A DNA stretch of 64,000 nt, taken from NCBI GenBank assembly GCA_965238005.1, contig OZ250165.1, positions 480,001-544,000 on the forward strand, read 5' to 3'. This DNA is from Longimicrobiales bacterium (lineage in GTDB: Bacteria; Gemmatimonadota; Gemmatimonadetes; Longimicrobiales; Gaopeijiaceae). Position 1 is the stretch's first letter. Each line of letters opens with the position of its first letter. Below are positions 1-9,676 of this stretch, one piece after another. The notes beneath the pieces are model-generated. The model was given only the letters and a program-made list of their open reading frames with translations, made no database searches and was not told where the DNA came from. A program made the translations under genes and the position numbers.

Positions 1-863
1 ATCGTCTGTCGCCCGACGGCCTCGACTCCGACCAGGTAGAAGTGGAGCCACCCCTCCCAGTCTCCCTGGCTGCGCACCCGTTGAAGCGCGTCGTAGTAGT
101 CCGCGCGGTTCTCCCTCAGGTAGAGGCTGAAGTAAAAGAAAGGCTGCGAGAGAAGGCCGTCTGCCACGAGCATCAGACTCACGAGGAGGCGCCCCATTCT
201 GCCGTTCCCGTCGAGGAATGGGTGGATGGTCTCGAACTGAGCGTGGGCTAGCCCCGCCTTGAGAACAGGGGCGGTAGGTCCGTACTCGTCGTGGAGGAAG
301 CGTTCGAGGTTGTCGAGTGCCTGGACCATCTCATGGGGCGGCGGTGGGACGAACCGTGCGTTCCCGGGTCGAGTGCCCCCGATCCAGTTCTGAGTTCTTC
401 GGAACTCCCCGGCGTCCTGTCGGGCCCCTCGCCCACCCTGCATGAGGACACCGTGCATCTCGCGGATCAGTCTCAGGCTGAGAGGCAACGTCCCCGACTG
501 AATTCGTTCCAGTCCGTGATATAGGGCTGCTACGTAGCGGGAGACTTCACGAACATCATCCAGAGGCGTGCCGCGGGCCTCATCACTCTCGTACTCGAGC
601 AGCTCCGATAGCGTCGACTGCGTCCCCTCGATCTGACTGGAGAGGACGGCCTCCTTGCGCGCGTACATGTAGAGCAGGCGGTCGGGCTCCATCGTAGCGG
701 AGACGCCCTCGAGCTGGCCGACGGCATGGGCCGCCTCTTCATGGACGCGACGGAGCTCGGTCGTGAACTCGATGAAGGGATCCGGCGGCAATGGCGCCGG
801 AATGAAAGCCGAGAATCCCTGGGGCCCGCTGGCCTGTTGGACGAACGTCCCTGCCCGCCCCAT
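1..863 (-). CDS. Fic family protein (runs off the window start)
   Basis: Not in the ORF track because it has no stop in the window. Manual translation from ATG 863 gives MGRAGTFVQQASGPQGFSAFIPAPLPP...EAVLSSQIEGTQSTL...AHAQFETIHPFLDGNGRMGRLL, containing the canonical Fic motif HPFxDGNGRxxR. Confidence 0.93.
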   Translation of the reverse strand, partial: MGRAGTFVQQASGPQGFSAFIPAPLPPDPFIEFTTELRRVHEEAAHAVGQLEGVSATMEPDRLLYMYARKEAVLSSQIEGTQSTLSELLEYESDEARGTPLDDVREVSRYVAALYHGLERIQSGTLPLSLRLIREMHGVLMQGGRGARQDAGEFRRTQNWIGGTRPGNARFVPPPPHEMVQALDNLERFLHDEYGPTAPVLKAGLAHAQFETIHPFLDGNGRMGRLLVSLMLVADGLLSQPFFYFSLYLRENRADYYDALQRVRSQGDWEGWLHFYLVGVEAVGRQT

Positions 864-1069
864 GCATGTCTCCGTTGTCCAGGACTCGTGGCGGAGGCCG
901 GATCTTGACTTGCCTTCGCGGTAATCAAAAGATAGTGGCTGATTATTGAATAACGCAACTCCTCCTTTAGACTTTTGGGTTGACACACTCGGGGGAGTCT
1001 ATCAAAGATACGATCTGTAACTTTTGATACCATCGTCCCTGTCAAAAGATCAACGGCACCTTCCACCCC

Positions 1070-2148
1070 CTACCTCCTCACCCGATACACCCACCCGTCG
1101 CTGATCGAGTAGTAGATGTAGTCGCCCACCACGGTCACGCCCTGGATCGCCAGCCCCCCCGTGATCACGACCGGGAATGTGGCGGACACCGCGGCCAGAT
1201 CCCAGCGCCCGATGTAGTCGGCCGTCCACCAGTAGATGGCCTCGTCGGTGACGGTGAAGTCGATCATGTTCTCATCGTTGAAGATCGACGTGGCGGGTCC
1301 CCCCGGAACCGGAAACCTCCGGACCACGGGGTTCCCGTTGGTCGCGGTGTCCAGCCAGAAGAGGGTGGTGCCGCCGCTTCCGTTCGCAACGGCCTTCAAC
1401 TTGTGGGGCGAGAAGACGGCGGCGCCCGAGAGAAGCGTGGACCGCGCCCCGCCCCCCACGGGCATCGTCTTCAGGAACGAGCCGTCCCTGGCCCCGATCC
1501 AGTAGAGGTTGTTTTCGTCCCGGGCCAGGCCCCGCGTCCCGCCGAGGGTGAATACATCGACCTCTTCGGGCGTCACACCGGACATGGCGATGCGGTAGAG
1601 ACGGTCCGTGATGAACTCGTCGAAGTAGATGTACGGGGGCGCCGGCAGAGGCAGGTTCTGGATGATGAAGCCGCCAGCGGACACGGATTGGATGGACCCG
1701 CCCGAGAGCGGCCACCAATAGAAGCTCGCCTGGTCATGCCAGTAAGCCACGTTATCGTGAACCACCAGGCTCCGCACGTCGCCGACAGTTGGAATGTTGA
1801 GGGACCCGTAGTTGCCCGGTGCCAGAGGAGTCCGAATGAGCCGGCCGCCGGTGGCATCCTCGAGAGAGTAGATGTTCTCCAGCTCACCGTGCGACAGATC
1901 CCTCCCCACCAGAGTCCGGAGCCACTGCCCCACGTGCACGATCAGCTCGCCCGTGCCCGGCCCCGTGTCGGGTGGGGGTCCTCGGATGGAGGGGTATTTG
2001 GCCCCGATGGGTCCCCGTTCCCACACAAGGGCCCACTCACGCAGTCCGTCCCCGAACAACCGTACTGGACGAGCAGAGCTACGAGGCACCATCGGAGCCG
2101 CTTCGAGATGCTCGAGAGCGAAAACGCTCTGATGGGATGGGACAACAT
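1070..2148 (-). CDS. Beta-propeller repeat lipoprotein (DUF5050/YWTD-like), frameshifted near 1976
   Basis: Repeats such as VVHDNVAYW, ARDENNLYW, VTDEAIYW and VVGDYIYYS. The signal peptide with a lipobox-like LVQYGC (ORF 1942..2148) joins the 1070 frame if one base is added to the G5 run at 1974-1978. Confidence 0.65.
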
Positions 2149-2309
2149 TGCAGGTTCTCCTCTCGGGTATTCCGAACAGCGAGCAAAAAGTAAGGGGTGT
2201 CACACCCTTCACCGGGCGCACCCGCCCAGGCGTGTGATGCTTACAAGTACACAGTAAAACCTTTGCGCTGGGTTTTGAAAGGGTGTCGGCCCTCCGACCC
2301 GGAGTCCAC

Positions 2310-2400
2310 TCAGCAGAGCCGCGCCCGCACGACGAACAGCGTCGATCCGGGCTTGTACTCCCACCTGAGCACCGCGTTGGTGCTGAGCTCCCGCACGTTC
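2310..2400 (-). pseudogene. C-terminal scrap of a DUF5916-type outer-membrane protein
   Basis: RELSTNAVLRWEYKPGSTLFVV resembles the conserved C-terminal motif of this family (recognition from memory). Confidence 0.5.
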
Positions 2401-2468
2401 CGCGCACGACGAATCTCGATGCGGTTACCTTCCTGAAGCGCCCTCCCACGAGACACAGCGAGCTGATC

Positions 2469-2960
2469 GTGACCCAGTCGCTTCCCCGCAAGGCCTTCAC
2501 CGTAGAGGAGGCGAACGGGCTCATCGCCACCATAGAGGCCGTGATGAAGGAGATCATGCGCCTCCGAGATCTGGTAGAGAGCGACGACAGACAGCTTCAG
2601 ATCCTGGATGCGCTCTGGGGACCTGAGGTTCTGGCCTCCGAAAACCCCGATCACGCGGAGTTCGTGCGGCACCGAGCCGCGGTGGACGGGGGCGTGGAAC
2701 GGATCCAGGGCCTGGTCCGAGAGGAGATCGTGGCCCGAGGCATTCGTTTTCCCCCTGGAGGCCTCGAGCATGGACTGCTGGACTTCCCGACGACCTTGGA
2801 CGGGCGATGGGTCTACCTCTGCTGGAGGCGAGGGGAGTCGAGGGTGGATCAGTGGCACGAGATCACCGACGGCTTCGCGGGTCGTCAGCTCGTAACGCCG
2901 GACCATGAAGGGCGGATGGGCATCGAGCGGAACGACCCCCCGGACGCACCGCCTCACTAG
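2469..2960 (+). CDS. DUF2203 family protein
   Basis: FTVEEANGLI...GLLDFPTTLDGRWVYLCWRRGESRVDQWHEITDGFAGR signature; GTG start at 2469. Confidence 0.85.
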   Translation: MTQSLPRKAFTVEEANGLIATIEAVMKEIMRLRDLVESDDRQLQILDALWGPEVLASENPDHAEFVRHRAAVDGGVERIQGLVREEIVARGIRFPPGGLEHGLLDFPTTLDGRWVYLCWRRGESRVDQWHEITDGFAGRQLVTPDHEGRMGIERNDPPDAPPH

Positions 2961-3030
2961 GGAGGCTTTCGGCAGGGAGGCTCTCGGCGGGAGGCTTGCG
3001 ACGGGGAGGCCTCTCGACGGGAGGGCCGTG
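2960..3030 (+). repeat. Five degenerate 14-15 bp tandem repeats, each beginning GGGAGG
   Basis: gggaggctttcggca / gggaggctctcggc / gggaggcttgcgacg / gggaggcctctcgac / gggagggcc. Confidence 0.75.
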
Positions 3031-3084
3031 TACCTAATAAGATTGATTGTCGTTCTCAACGACACCCTCAGCCGCCAGAGACCC

Positions 3085-3696
3085 ATGAGCGACCATTCGA
3101 AGCCACCCGTGGAGTTCACCGATACCGCGAAGGACACCGTCCTCCGCTTCATGCAGATGCAGGGGGACGTTGACCTTGCGGTGCGCATCCAGGTCGCCAG
3201 CCCCAGCCCGCTCGATCCCCGCTACGAGATCACGATGATCGAGCCCGACGAAAAGTGTCCGGAGGACATGGTTTTCGACGGCTACGGGTTCGACGTGGTG
3301 ATGGAGCCCGAGAGCGCGAAGCTCCTCGACGGGGCTCGCATCGACTGGATCGAGACCCTGACCGAGAGCGGGTTCAAGGTGGAGAACCCGAACCTGGCCC
3401 CCATCGGCTCGAAGCCGTTGGAGGGACCTCTGGCCGACCGGGTTCGACAAGCCATCGACCAATTCGTGAACCCCGGAGTGGCCCAGCACGGCGGACACGT
3501 GACGCTGGTGGAAGTCAGGGACAAGATCGTCTACCTCCAGTTGGGTGGGGGTTGCCAGGGCTGCGGGATGGCGTCGGTGACTCTGAGCCAGGGGATCGAG
3601 CGGATCCTCCGGGACCAGGTGCCGGAGATCGAGGGCATCCAGGACGTAACCAACCACGGAGACGGCCAGAACCCCTACTTCAGCGCGTCCAAGTAA
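3085..3696 (+). CDS. nfuA: Fe-S biogenesis protein NfuA
   Basis: Degenerate HesB-like N-terminal domain plus NifU domain (VNPGVAQHGGHV, GGCQGCGMASVTL, DVTNHGDGQNPYF). Confidence 0.92.
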   Translation: MSDHSKPPVEFTDTAKDTVLRFMQMQGDVDLAVRIQVASPSPLDPRYEITMIEPDEKCPEDMVFDGYGFDVVMEPESAKLLDGARIDWIETLTESGFKVENPNLAPIGSKPLEGPLADRVRQAIDQFVNPGVAQHGGHVTLVEVRDKIVYLQLGGGCQGCGMASVTLSQGIERILRDQVPEIEGIQDVTNHGDGQNPYFSASK

Positions 3697-3721
3697 CCGA
3701 CACCCCGACGGAGGGCCTGCC

Positions 3722-4822
3722 GTGTCGAGGGTCCTTCTCCTCCTTTCACGAACCTCGTATCGAGCCGAGGCTTTTGTCGCCGCGGCCCGCCGCATGGACG
3801 TCGACGTCACGGTCGGCTTGAATCACCGGCAGGCCTTCGCCGACCTGGCACCCGGCGGTGCCCTCACCCTCGGCGTCGGGGACGTCCACCGATCGGTGGC
3901 TACCATCGTGCGGTTCGCCTCGGACTATCCGCTGGGGGCCATCGTGGCGGCGGAAGACGACTTCGCACCGGTGGCGGCGGGGGCATCCGAGACACTGGGG
4001 CTGACGCACCATCCTTCCGAGGCGGTCCGGTCCGCTCGTAACAAGGCGGTCATGCGGGAGCGACTCGCGGCGGCCGGATTCCCGTCACCCTGGTTCCAAG
4101 TCGCCTCCGTAGAAGACGATGTGGAAGCGGCCGCGGCGAGGGCTAGCTACCCCTGCGTTCTCAAGCCGCTTGCGTTGTCTGCCAGCCGCGGGGTGATCCG
4201 CGCCGACACGCCCGAGGAGTTCGGCCGCGCTTGGAGCCGGATTCGGGGGATCCTCGAGGAGCCCGACGCGGTCACGCGAAGCTGGCGTACGGCCGGGGAG
4301 ATCCTGATCGAAGCGTACATGCCGGGGCGCGAAGTGGCCGTGGAGGCGATCGTGGTGGGGGGCGAGCTCCACACCCTGGCCGTCCTGGACAAGCCAGACC
4401 CCATGGAGGGGCCGTTCTTCGAGGAGACCATCCTGGTGACGCCTTCGCGCCTCCCCGACAGCGTTCAGCGCAAGATCGTCTCGTGCGTGCAGCGGTCCGT
4501 AGCCATCCTCGGCCTCGTTGACGGCCCCGTCCACGCCGAGCTCCGCGTGGACGGCGAGCGTGCCTCACTCCTGGAGATCGCGCCGCGCTCCATCGGTGGC
4601 CGTTGCTCCACGATCCTCCGGTTCGAGCCGGAGGCGACCCTCGAGGTTCCGGGCATCGAAGGGATCGAGATCACGATTCCGGTGGGCCAGAAGGTCGTGC
4701 CCCTCCCCGAGGGCAATCGCTACCTGGGATTTCTCTTCGCCGGAGGGGAGACGCCCGAGCAGGTGGAGACCGCGCTCAGGGTCGCGCAGGCGAGGCTCGA
4801 GGTGGAGATCGAGCCTGCATAG
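3722..4822 (+). CDS. ATP-grasp domain protein, probably with an in-frame internal deletion
   Basis: RNKAVMRERL, YPCVLKPLALSASRGVIRAD, LIEAYMPGREVAVE, HAELRV, LEIAPRSIGG. Confidence 0.85.
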   Translation: MSRVLLLLSRTSYRAEAFVAAARRMDVDVTVGLNHRQAFADLAPGGALTLGVGDVHRSVATIVRFASDYPLGAIVAAEDDFAPVAAGASETLGLTHHPSEAVRSARNKAVMRERLAAAGFPSPWFQVASVEDDVEAAAARASYPCVLKPLALSASRGVIRADTPEEFGRAWSRIRGILEEPDAVTRSWRTAGEILIEAYMPGREVAVEAIVVGGELHTLAVLDKPDPMEGPFFEETILVTPSRLPDSVQRKIVSCVQRSVAILGLVDGPVHAELRVDGERASLLEIAPRSIGGRCSTILRFEPEATLEVPGIEGIEITIPVGQKVVPLPEGNRYLGFLFAGGETPEQVETALRVAQARLEVEIEPA

Positions 4823-4939
4823 GTCTCCCCCTGTTCGATCAGTCGCTGCCCGACGACTTCTAGTGACCGACCTCGTGGGCTGAAGAGCCGGTGCCCCGCC
4901 CACCCTTGTATGCAACCCCGCAAGAGGCAGTATTCCCGT

Positions 4940-6400
4940 ATGGAATCGCTGCTCACCGACGTGCGCTACGGGCTGCGTATGCTCATCAAGACGCCGGGCC
5001 TTTCGGCCGTTGCCGTGCTCACCATCGCGCTCGGAGTGGGCCTCACCACGCACACGTTCAGCATCGTGTACGGGTCGGTCATCCGTGGCCCCGACTTCGA
5101 TCGGGGAACCACCCTCGTCATCCTCAGCCAGGACATTCCCTCGAGCGGAATCCGCGGCCGAGGCGTACCCCTCCTCGATCTCATCGGCTTGCGCGAGCAA
5201 CAGACTGCGTTCCGGGGCCTGGCCGCGCTTACCATGGGAACGATCAACCTGGCCGACGACGACTCCCCGCCCGAGCGATTCGAGGGCGCCTTCGTATCGG
5301 CGAGCGTGTTCGCCCAGGTCGACGGAGTGCCGATCCTGGGCCGGGTCTTCAATCCCGAGGAGGACGCCGGCACCGGCGAGCAGGTCGTGATCCTCGGGCA
5401 CAGCGTTTGGCAGGGCCGGTACGGCGGCGACCCGAACATCCTTCAACGCCACCATTGTCGACATCCAGAAGCCATACTGGATCGACATCCGCCTGGACGG
5501 CGCAGCGGTTCTCTTCACGATCGGGATCACTGTCGTAGCCAGCCTGGTGGCCGGAACGCTTCCGGCCGTCAGGGCGTCGGGCGGGGCTGGTCCACGACAT
5601 CCTCAAGGACGAGAGCAGGGGCTCGTCCAGCTTCCGTATGGGGCGCTTCAGCACAGTCCTCGTCATCGGCGAGATCGCGCTGTCGTGCGCGTTGCTCGTG
5701 GCGGCTGGCATGATGATCAAGAGCGTGATCAACGTGAACACGGTCGACATGGGGTTCGAGGGCGAGCGCGTGTTCACGGCGCGGCTGGGGTTGTTCGAGT
5801 CCGACTATCCGGATGACGAAGCCCGGGCCCGCTTCTACGATCGCCTGGTCGAGGACCTGAGCTCGGATCCCGGGGTCGAGGTGGCAGGGCTCACCACCAA
5901 CCTGCCGGCGCTGGGCGCCGCGCGCGTCCCCGTCGCGCTGGAGGGCGTCGCATACACGGACGTCACCGATCAGACTTTGTCCAGCCGAATCAACATCACG
6001 CCGGGTTACTTCGATGCCCTGAGCGTGGCCGTCATGGAGGGTCGAGACTTCGGGCCGGAGGACCGGGCGGGAGCCATGCCCACCGTCATCGTCAACGAGA
6101 GCTTCGCTCGCAGGCACTTCGGTACGGAGACGCCCGTCGGACGCCATTTCCGGACCGGCGATGAGCAGCCTTGGATGACGATTGTCGGGCTCGTCCCCGA
6201 CATCTTCGTCGGGACCGGGGATCCTGGGGCGGGCGGCGATGGGGTGCCTCCCGACCAGTTCTTCGTGCCCATCGCGCAGCAACAGAACCTCCGTTTCGCG
6301 AGCATCACCGTGAAGACGCTTGGCGATCCGGGCGCCTTCGCTGCGGACGCCCGTGAGGTGGTCGCGAGGATCGACCCGGACCTCCCCCTTTACTGGGTCG
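4940..6400 (+). pseudogene. ADOP/MacB-FtsX duplicated ABC permease with internal deletion, frameshifts and 3' truncation
   Basis: MESLLTDVRYGLRMLIKTPG...LTIALGVG; jumps near 5450 to the end of the first FtsX block; LVIGEIALSCALLVAAGMMIKS; ends at the IS3 remnant. Confidence 0.85.
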
Positions 6401-6852
6401 TGCGTGGCTGCCCGAGTACCCGGCACCCTCTCCTCTCCGACGCCCCGAGCTGCTGACGTACACGCACCACACAACGTCGTCGGCGCTCGGGGCTCAGAAG
6501 TTTCCCTTGGCCGCTTCCTCCAGGATCAGCTTGTCCAGTGTCAAGTCCGCCACTGCTCGCTTCAGGCGCCCGTTCTCGCGCTCAAGCTCCTTCAGGCGCC
6601 GTGCCCCTGGCTCACCTTCATCCCGCCGTACTCCCGCCTCCACCGGTAGTACGTCTGCTCGGTGATGCCGAGCTCCCGGCTGATCAGCTTCACGGATTTG
6701 CCGCGGGCCAGACCGACCTCTGCCTCCCGCAGTGCAGTGATGCTCTGCTCCGGAGTGTGTCGCTTCCTTCCCATCCTCACCTCCTCGCTGAAAAGCTTCA
6801 GACCAGGTCGATCCTAACATTGCACCTGGTCTCGTTTCAGGGGGTCAGGTCA
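6393..6852 (-). mobile_element. IS3-family remnant (left end, frameshifted orfA, start of orfB)
   Basis: Left end TGACCTGACCCCCTGAAACGAGACCA; orfA MGRKRHTPEQ...EQTYYRWRREYGG / RLKELERENGRLKRAVADLTLDK. Confidence 0.88.
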
Positions 6853-7021
6853 GGGCTTACGGGTTGGTCCTCGGGTCCCGCCCGGAAGACTCATCGTCGA
6901 CTGGACCCAGCGGGGGGTGGCCCTCGCGACCACCCCGTAACCCGGCACTCTCTCGGGGCCATGATAGGGTGATCGATCCGTGAGTGGCGAGCAATCCGCC
7001 CCGGTCAGGAATCTTGACCGG

Positions 7022-7674
7022 CTCGCTCCAGGCCCGCCTTCACGTAGATCCCGTCCGCACATACGTAGACGACCTCACGGTCCGCCAAGGACCTCTTCGC
7101 CCACATCTCGAACTCACTCGACCACACGGCCCTGAGCCTGCGGATCGAAGCCTTCGACAGCGGCGCCCCCTCACCGAGTAGGCCCCTGAGCGCCAGCTCG
7201 AAATCCCCCTCGGCCAACCCGTGTAGGTACAGCTCCGGTATCAACTCCCCTACCTCCTTCGTCCGTCTCGCGAACAGCGGCAACACCCGACTCTCGAAGC
7301 GTTCCTCCAGACCCCGTACCCGGGGGCGTCGCACCGTGATCGTGCCCGAACTCATCGACAGCCGCCGCGCCTTGCCGTACTCGTTGCGGTAGCCCTCGGC
7401 CGAGTCCACCGTACTCCTGCGCTCTGACTTCTCCCGGCCTAACAACTCCGTGACTTCCTCCTCCATGATCTGTTGGATGAACTCCTGGGCCTTCTCACGA
7501 ACCACTCCCTCCAGGCCCTCCCACATCGGCATGGTGGACTCGGTCTCGGGTCCCGCGATATCCTTCCTCACGAGGCGACGTTCCTTTCCCCCGGGTGGCA
7601 ACCCGGGACTCGCTGGTTAATGGTCAGCGGAAAGGTACGTCGCCTCTCTTTTACACACCCTTTGATCCTAGCTC
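7022..7674 (-). mobile_element. IS256-family element, 5' half only
   Basis: Left IR GAGCTAGGATCAAAGGGTGTGTAAA; transposase N-terminus (GTG 7571) up to VYVCADGIYVKAGLER; near-identical to the copy at 44827-46204. Confidence 0.88.
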
Positions 7675-7795
7675 ACGCGACCTTCTAGGCTTCGGTCTGC
7701 GTGTCGTGCACGCTGGGAAACACGGTCAGTGTTGTTGCGCCAATTCCCGCCCTTGCCGTGGCACATGGTGCGTGTCTGCCCTTGCCCGATTTCCT

Positions 7796-9253
7796 GATGG
7801 TGTCCCGCTGACAGTTGAAGGTGGTGGCTCCGGAGAGTCTCCTTGTTAGCCTGCCTTTCTCATTTCGGCAACCGGTTCATGGTCGTCGAGGTGGGCCCTG
7901 AGCATCCAGAGCTGGTCGTAGCCGATGATCCTCCGGTAGCTCTTCTCGGTCTCCACGAACGAGGCCGCAGCCCAGCGCAAGGCCATCGCTCCGTTCTTCC
8001 AGTTGGTCACCCTGCGGGTCTTCTGTCTTACGCCCGAGTGGGTGCTGTCGATCAGGTTGGTCGAGCCCAGGCACTTCCTCAGCCGCGGCGGGAGGCCGAG
8101 CCGGTTGATCGTGAACATCTCGCTGAGGCCTTCGCGTAGGCTGGCCGAGGCCGAGGGGTGGTCGCGCTCGAGCCATCGGGCGAGCTGCTCGAGCTTCTGC
8201 TCGCCCTGCTTCGCGTCCAGCTTCATCGCCGCCCGGAACGCCGCCTTCACCTGAGGATGCTGATCCTTCGGCAGATGACCCAGCACGTTGCGGAGCTTGT
8301 GGTTGCGGCAGCGCTGGATGGGGTGACGTTGGCCGAACACCTTCTCGATCGCCTTCCTGAGCGCTTTCGAGCCATCGATCACGAACAGCCGCCGCCTGCC
8401 CGGGTCCAGGCCGCGCTCGACCAGATCCTCTAGGAGCGCGCTGGTCACCTCGGCGTTCTCACTCGCTCCTTCCCTCACGCCCAGCACGTGCTTCTTTCCG
8501 TCTGAGTCCACGCCTACCGCAGCAAGCACGTGGTGCGAGCCCATCTGGATCCCGTCCAGGTAGATCACCAGGAGGTCCCACGCATCCAGCCGGCGCTCCA
8601 TCAGCTCCTTCAGCACGCGCTCCGAGGCCTCGACCGTCTCACGGCTCACCGCCGACTTGCTCACCCCGACCGTGTCGGCCATCTCACCGATCACACGGCC
8701 GTACTTCCGCGTGCTCACCCCCGCCATCAGGACCTCGAGCATCCGATCCGCCACGGCGCCCGGTCTCCGCATCGCTGCGTACGCCGGCACCTCGACCTCG
8801 CCACCCTCCCCGGCGCCCCGGCGCCTGAGCCGTGGCCGCTCCACACGCACCTTCCGGTCCGACAGGTAAACCACACCACCCTGCCGGCCATACCACACCG
8901 TGTCGTCTTCCGCTCGTGACCGACCTGCCTGCTTCACGCCTGCCACACCCTCGGCGCTCATCTCCAGCACCGCTTCGATCGTCGCTCGTCCCATCACCTG
9001 GATGACTTCGTCGATCGCGACCTCCGTCTGCTCCACGAGCTCAAGCATCGGAAGCAGAAACTGCCCCTCCCGCTTCAGGAACTCCCTGATCGCGCGCTTG
9101 TCCGCCCGATCCCTTACCTCGTACGTTCTCTTCATCGTGGTGGCTCCGTGTTGGGGTTTTTGCCTACCCGAGCCTATCGGCCCGGGACCCCCGGAGCCAC
9201 CACTTTTCTTTCTCCCCTTATCAGGAACCTTCAACTACGGTTGGGACAGCTTC
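7796..9253 (-). mobile_element. Complete IS256-family element with 8-bp target-site duplication
   Basis: IRs GATGGTGTCCCGCTGACAGTTGAAGGT / GAAGCTGTCCCAACCGTAGTTGAAGGT; direct repeat GATTTCCT at 7788-7795 and 9254-9261. Confidence 0.93.
7846..9135 (-). CDS. IS256 (Mutator-type) DDE transposase
   Basis: GVSTRKY, IYLDG, LFVIDGSKAL, QRCRNHKLRN, STNLIDS motifs; uninterrupted ORF. Confidence 0.93.
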   Translation of the reverse strand: MKRTYEVRDRADKRAIREFLKREGQFLLPMLELVEQTEVAIDEVIQVMGRATIEAVLEMSAEGVAGVKQAGRSRAEDDTVWYGRQGGVVYLSDRKVRVERPRLRRRGAGEGGEVEVPAYAAMRRPGAVADRMLEVLMAGVSTRKYGRVIGEMADTVGVSKSAVSRETVEASERVLKELMERRLDAWDLLVIYLDGIQMGSHHVLAAVGVDSDGKKHVLGVREGASENAEVTSALLEDLVERGLDPGRRRLFVIDGSKALRKAIEKVFGQRHPIQRCRNHKLRNVLGHLPKDQHPQVKAAFRAAMKLDAKQGEQKLEQLARWLERDHPSASASLREGLSEMFTINRLGLPPRLRKCLGSTNLIDSTHSGVRQKTRRVTNWKNGAMALRWAAASFVETEKSYRRIIGYDQLWMLRAHLDDHEPVAEMRKAG

Positions 9254-9283
9254 GATTTCCTTCTGTTCCTTCGGTGTTGTGGC

Positions 9284-9560
9284 TCAGGTGCCGTCGATGG
9301 TCAGCGATAGGAAATTAGACTCGAAGAGCTTCTTGTCGTCCCGCACTTCGCACCGCTGAAGGCAGTAGAGTTTCCAGTACATCGCCCACGTAGGATGGTC
9401 GGGAGAAAAATGCTCAATGTTCAGCTCGAGTTCTTCTGCTCTCTGAGCAGTGATGACTTGTCCGTGAGTGCGATTGGACCGCGGATCCAGGAGCTCCTCA
9501 ACGACGGCGGTGTATGGAACCGTTGACGAGCCCTTCAAGAGATCCTCGTCCAAGGCACGA
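9284..9560 (-). pseudogene. C-terminal fragment of an SDH/ClpP-class serine protease
   Basis: THGQVITAQRAEELELNIEHF...WAMYWKLYCLQR...KKLFES resembles the C-terminus of this family; no N-terminus present. Confidence 0.5.
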
Positions 9561-9676
9561 GTACGCGCCACAACACGACGGACCGTGTCCGATCTCGTGA
9601 TCGTCGCGTCCACCGACCGGTAGTAACGCAGCACAAGTCCCGCAGCGGCTTGGAAGGCGTCATGTCCGACACGTGT

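Noticed and set aside
530..1066. 178-aa ORF on the minus strand
   Set aside because: S/R/P-rich alternate frame overlapping the real Fic gene.
2149..2557. N-terminal extension of the 495-aa ORF 1070..2557
   Set aside because: Antisense to DUF2203 and intergenic DNA; the real start is probably 2148 via a frameshift.
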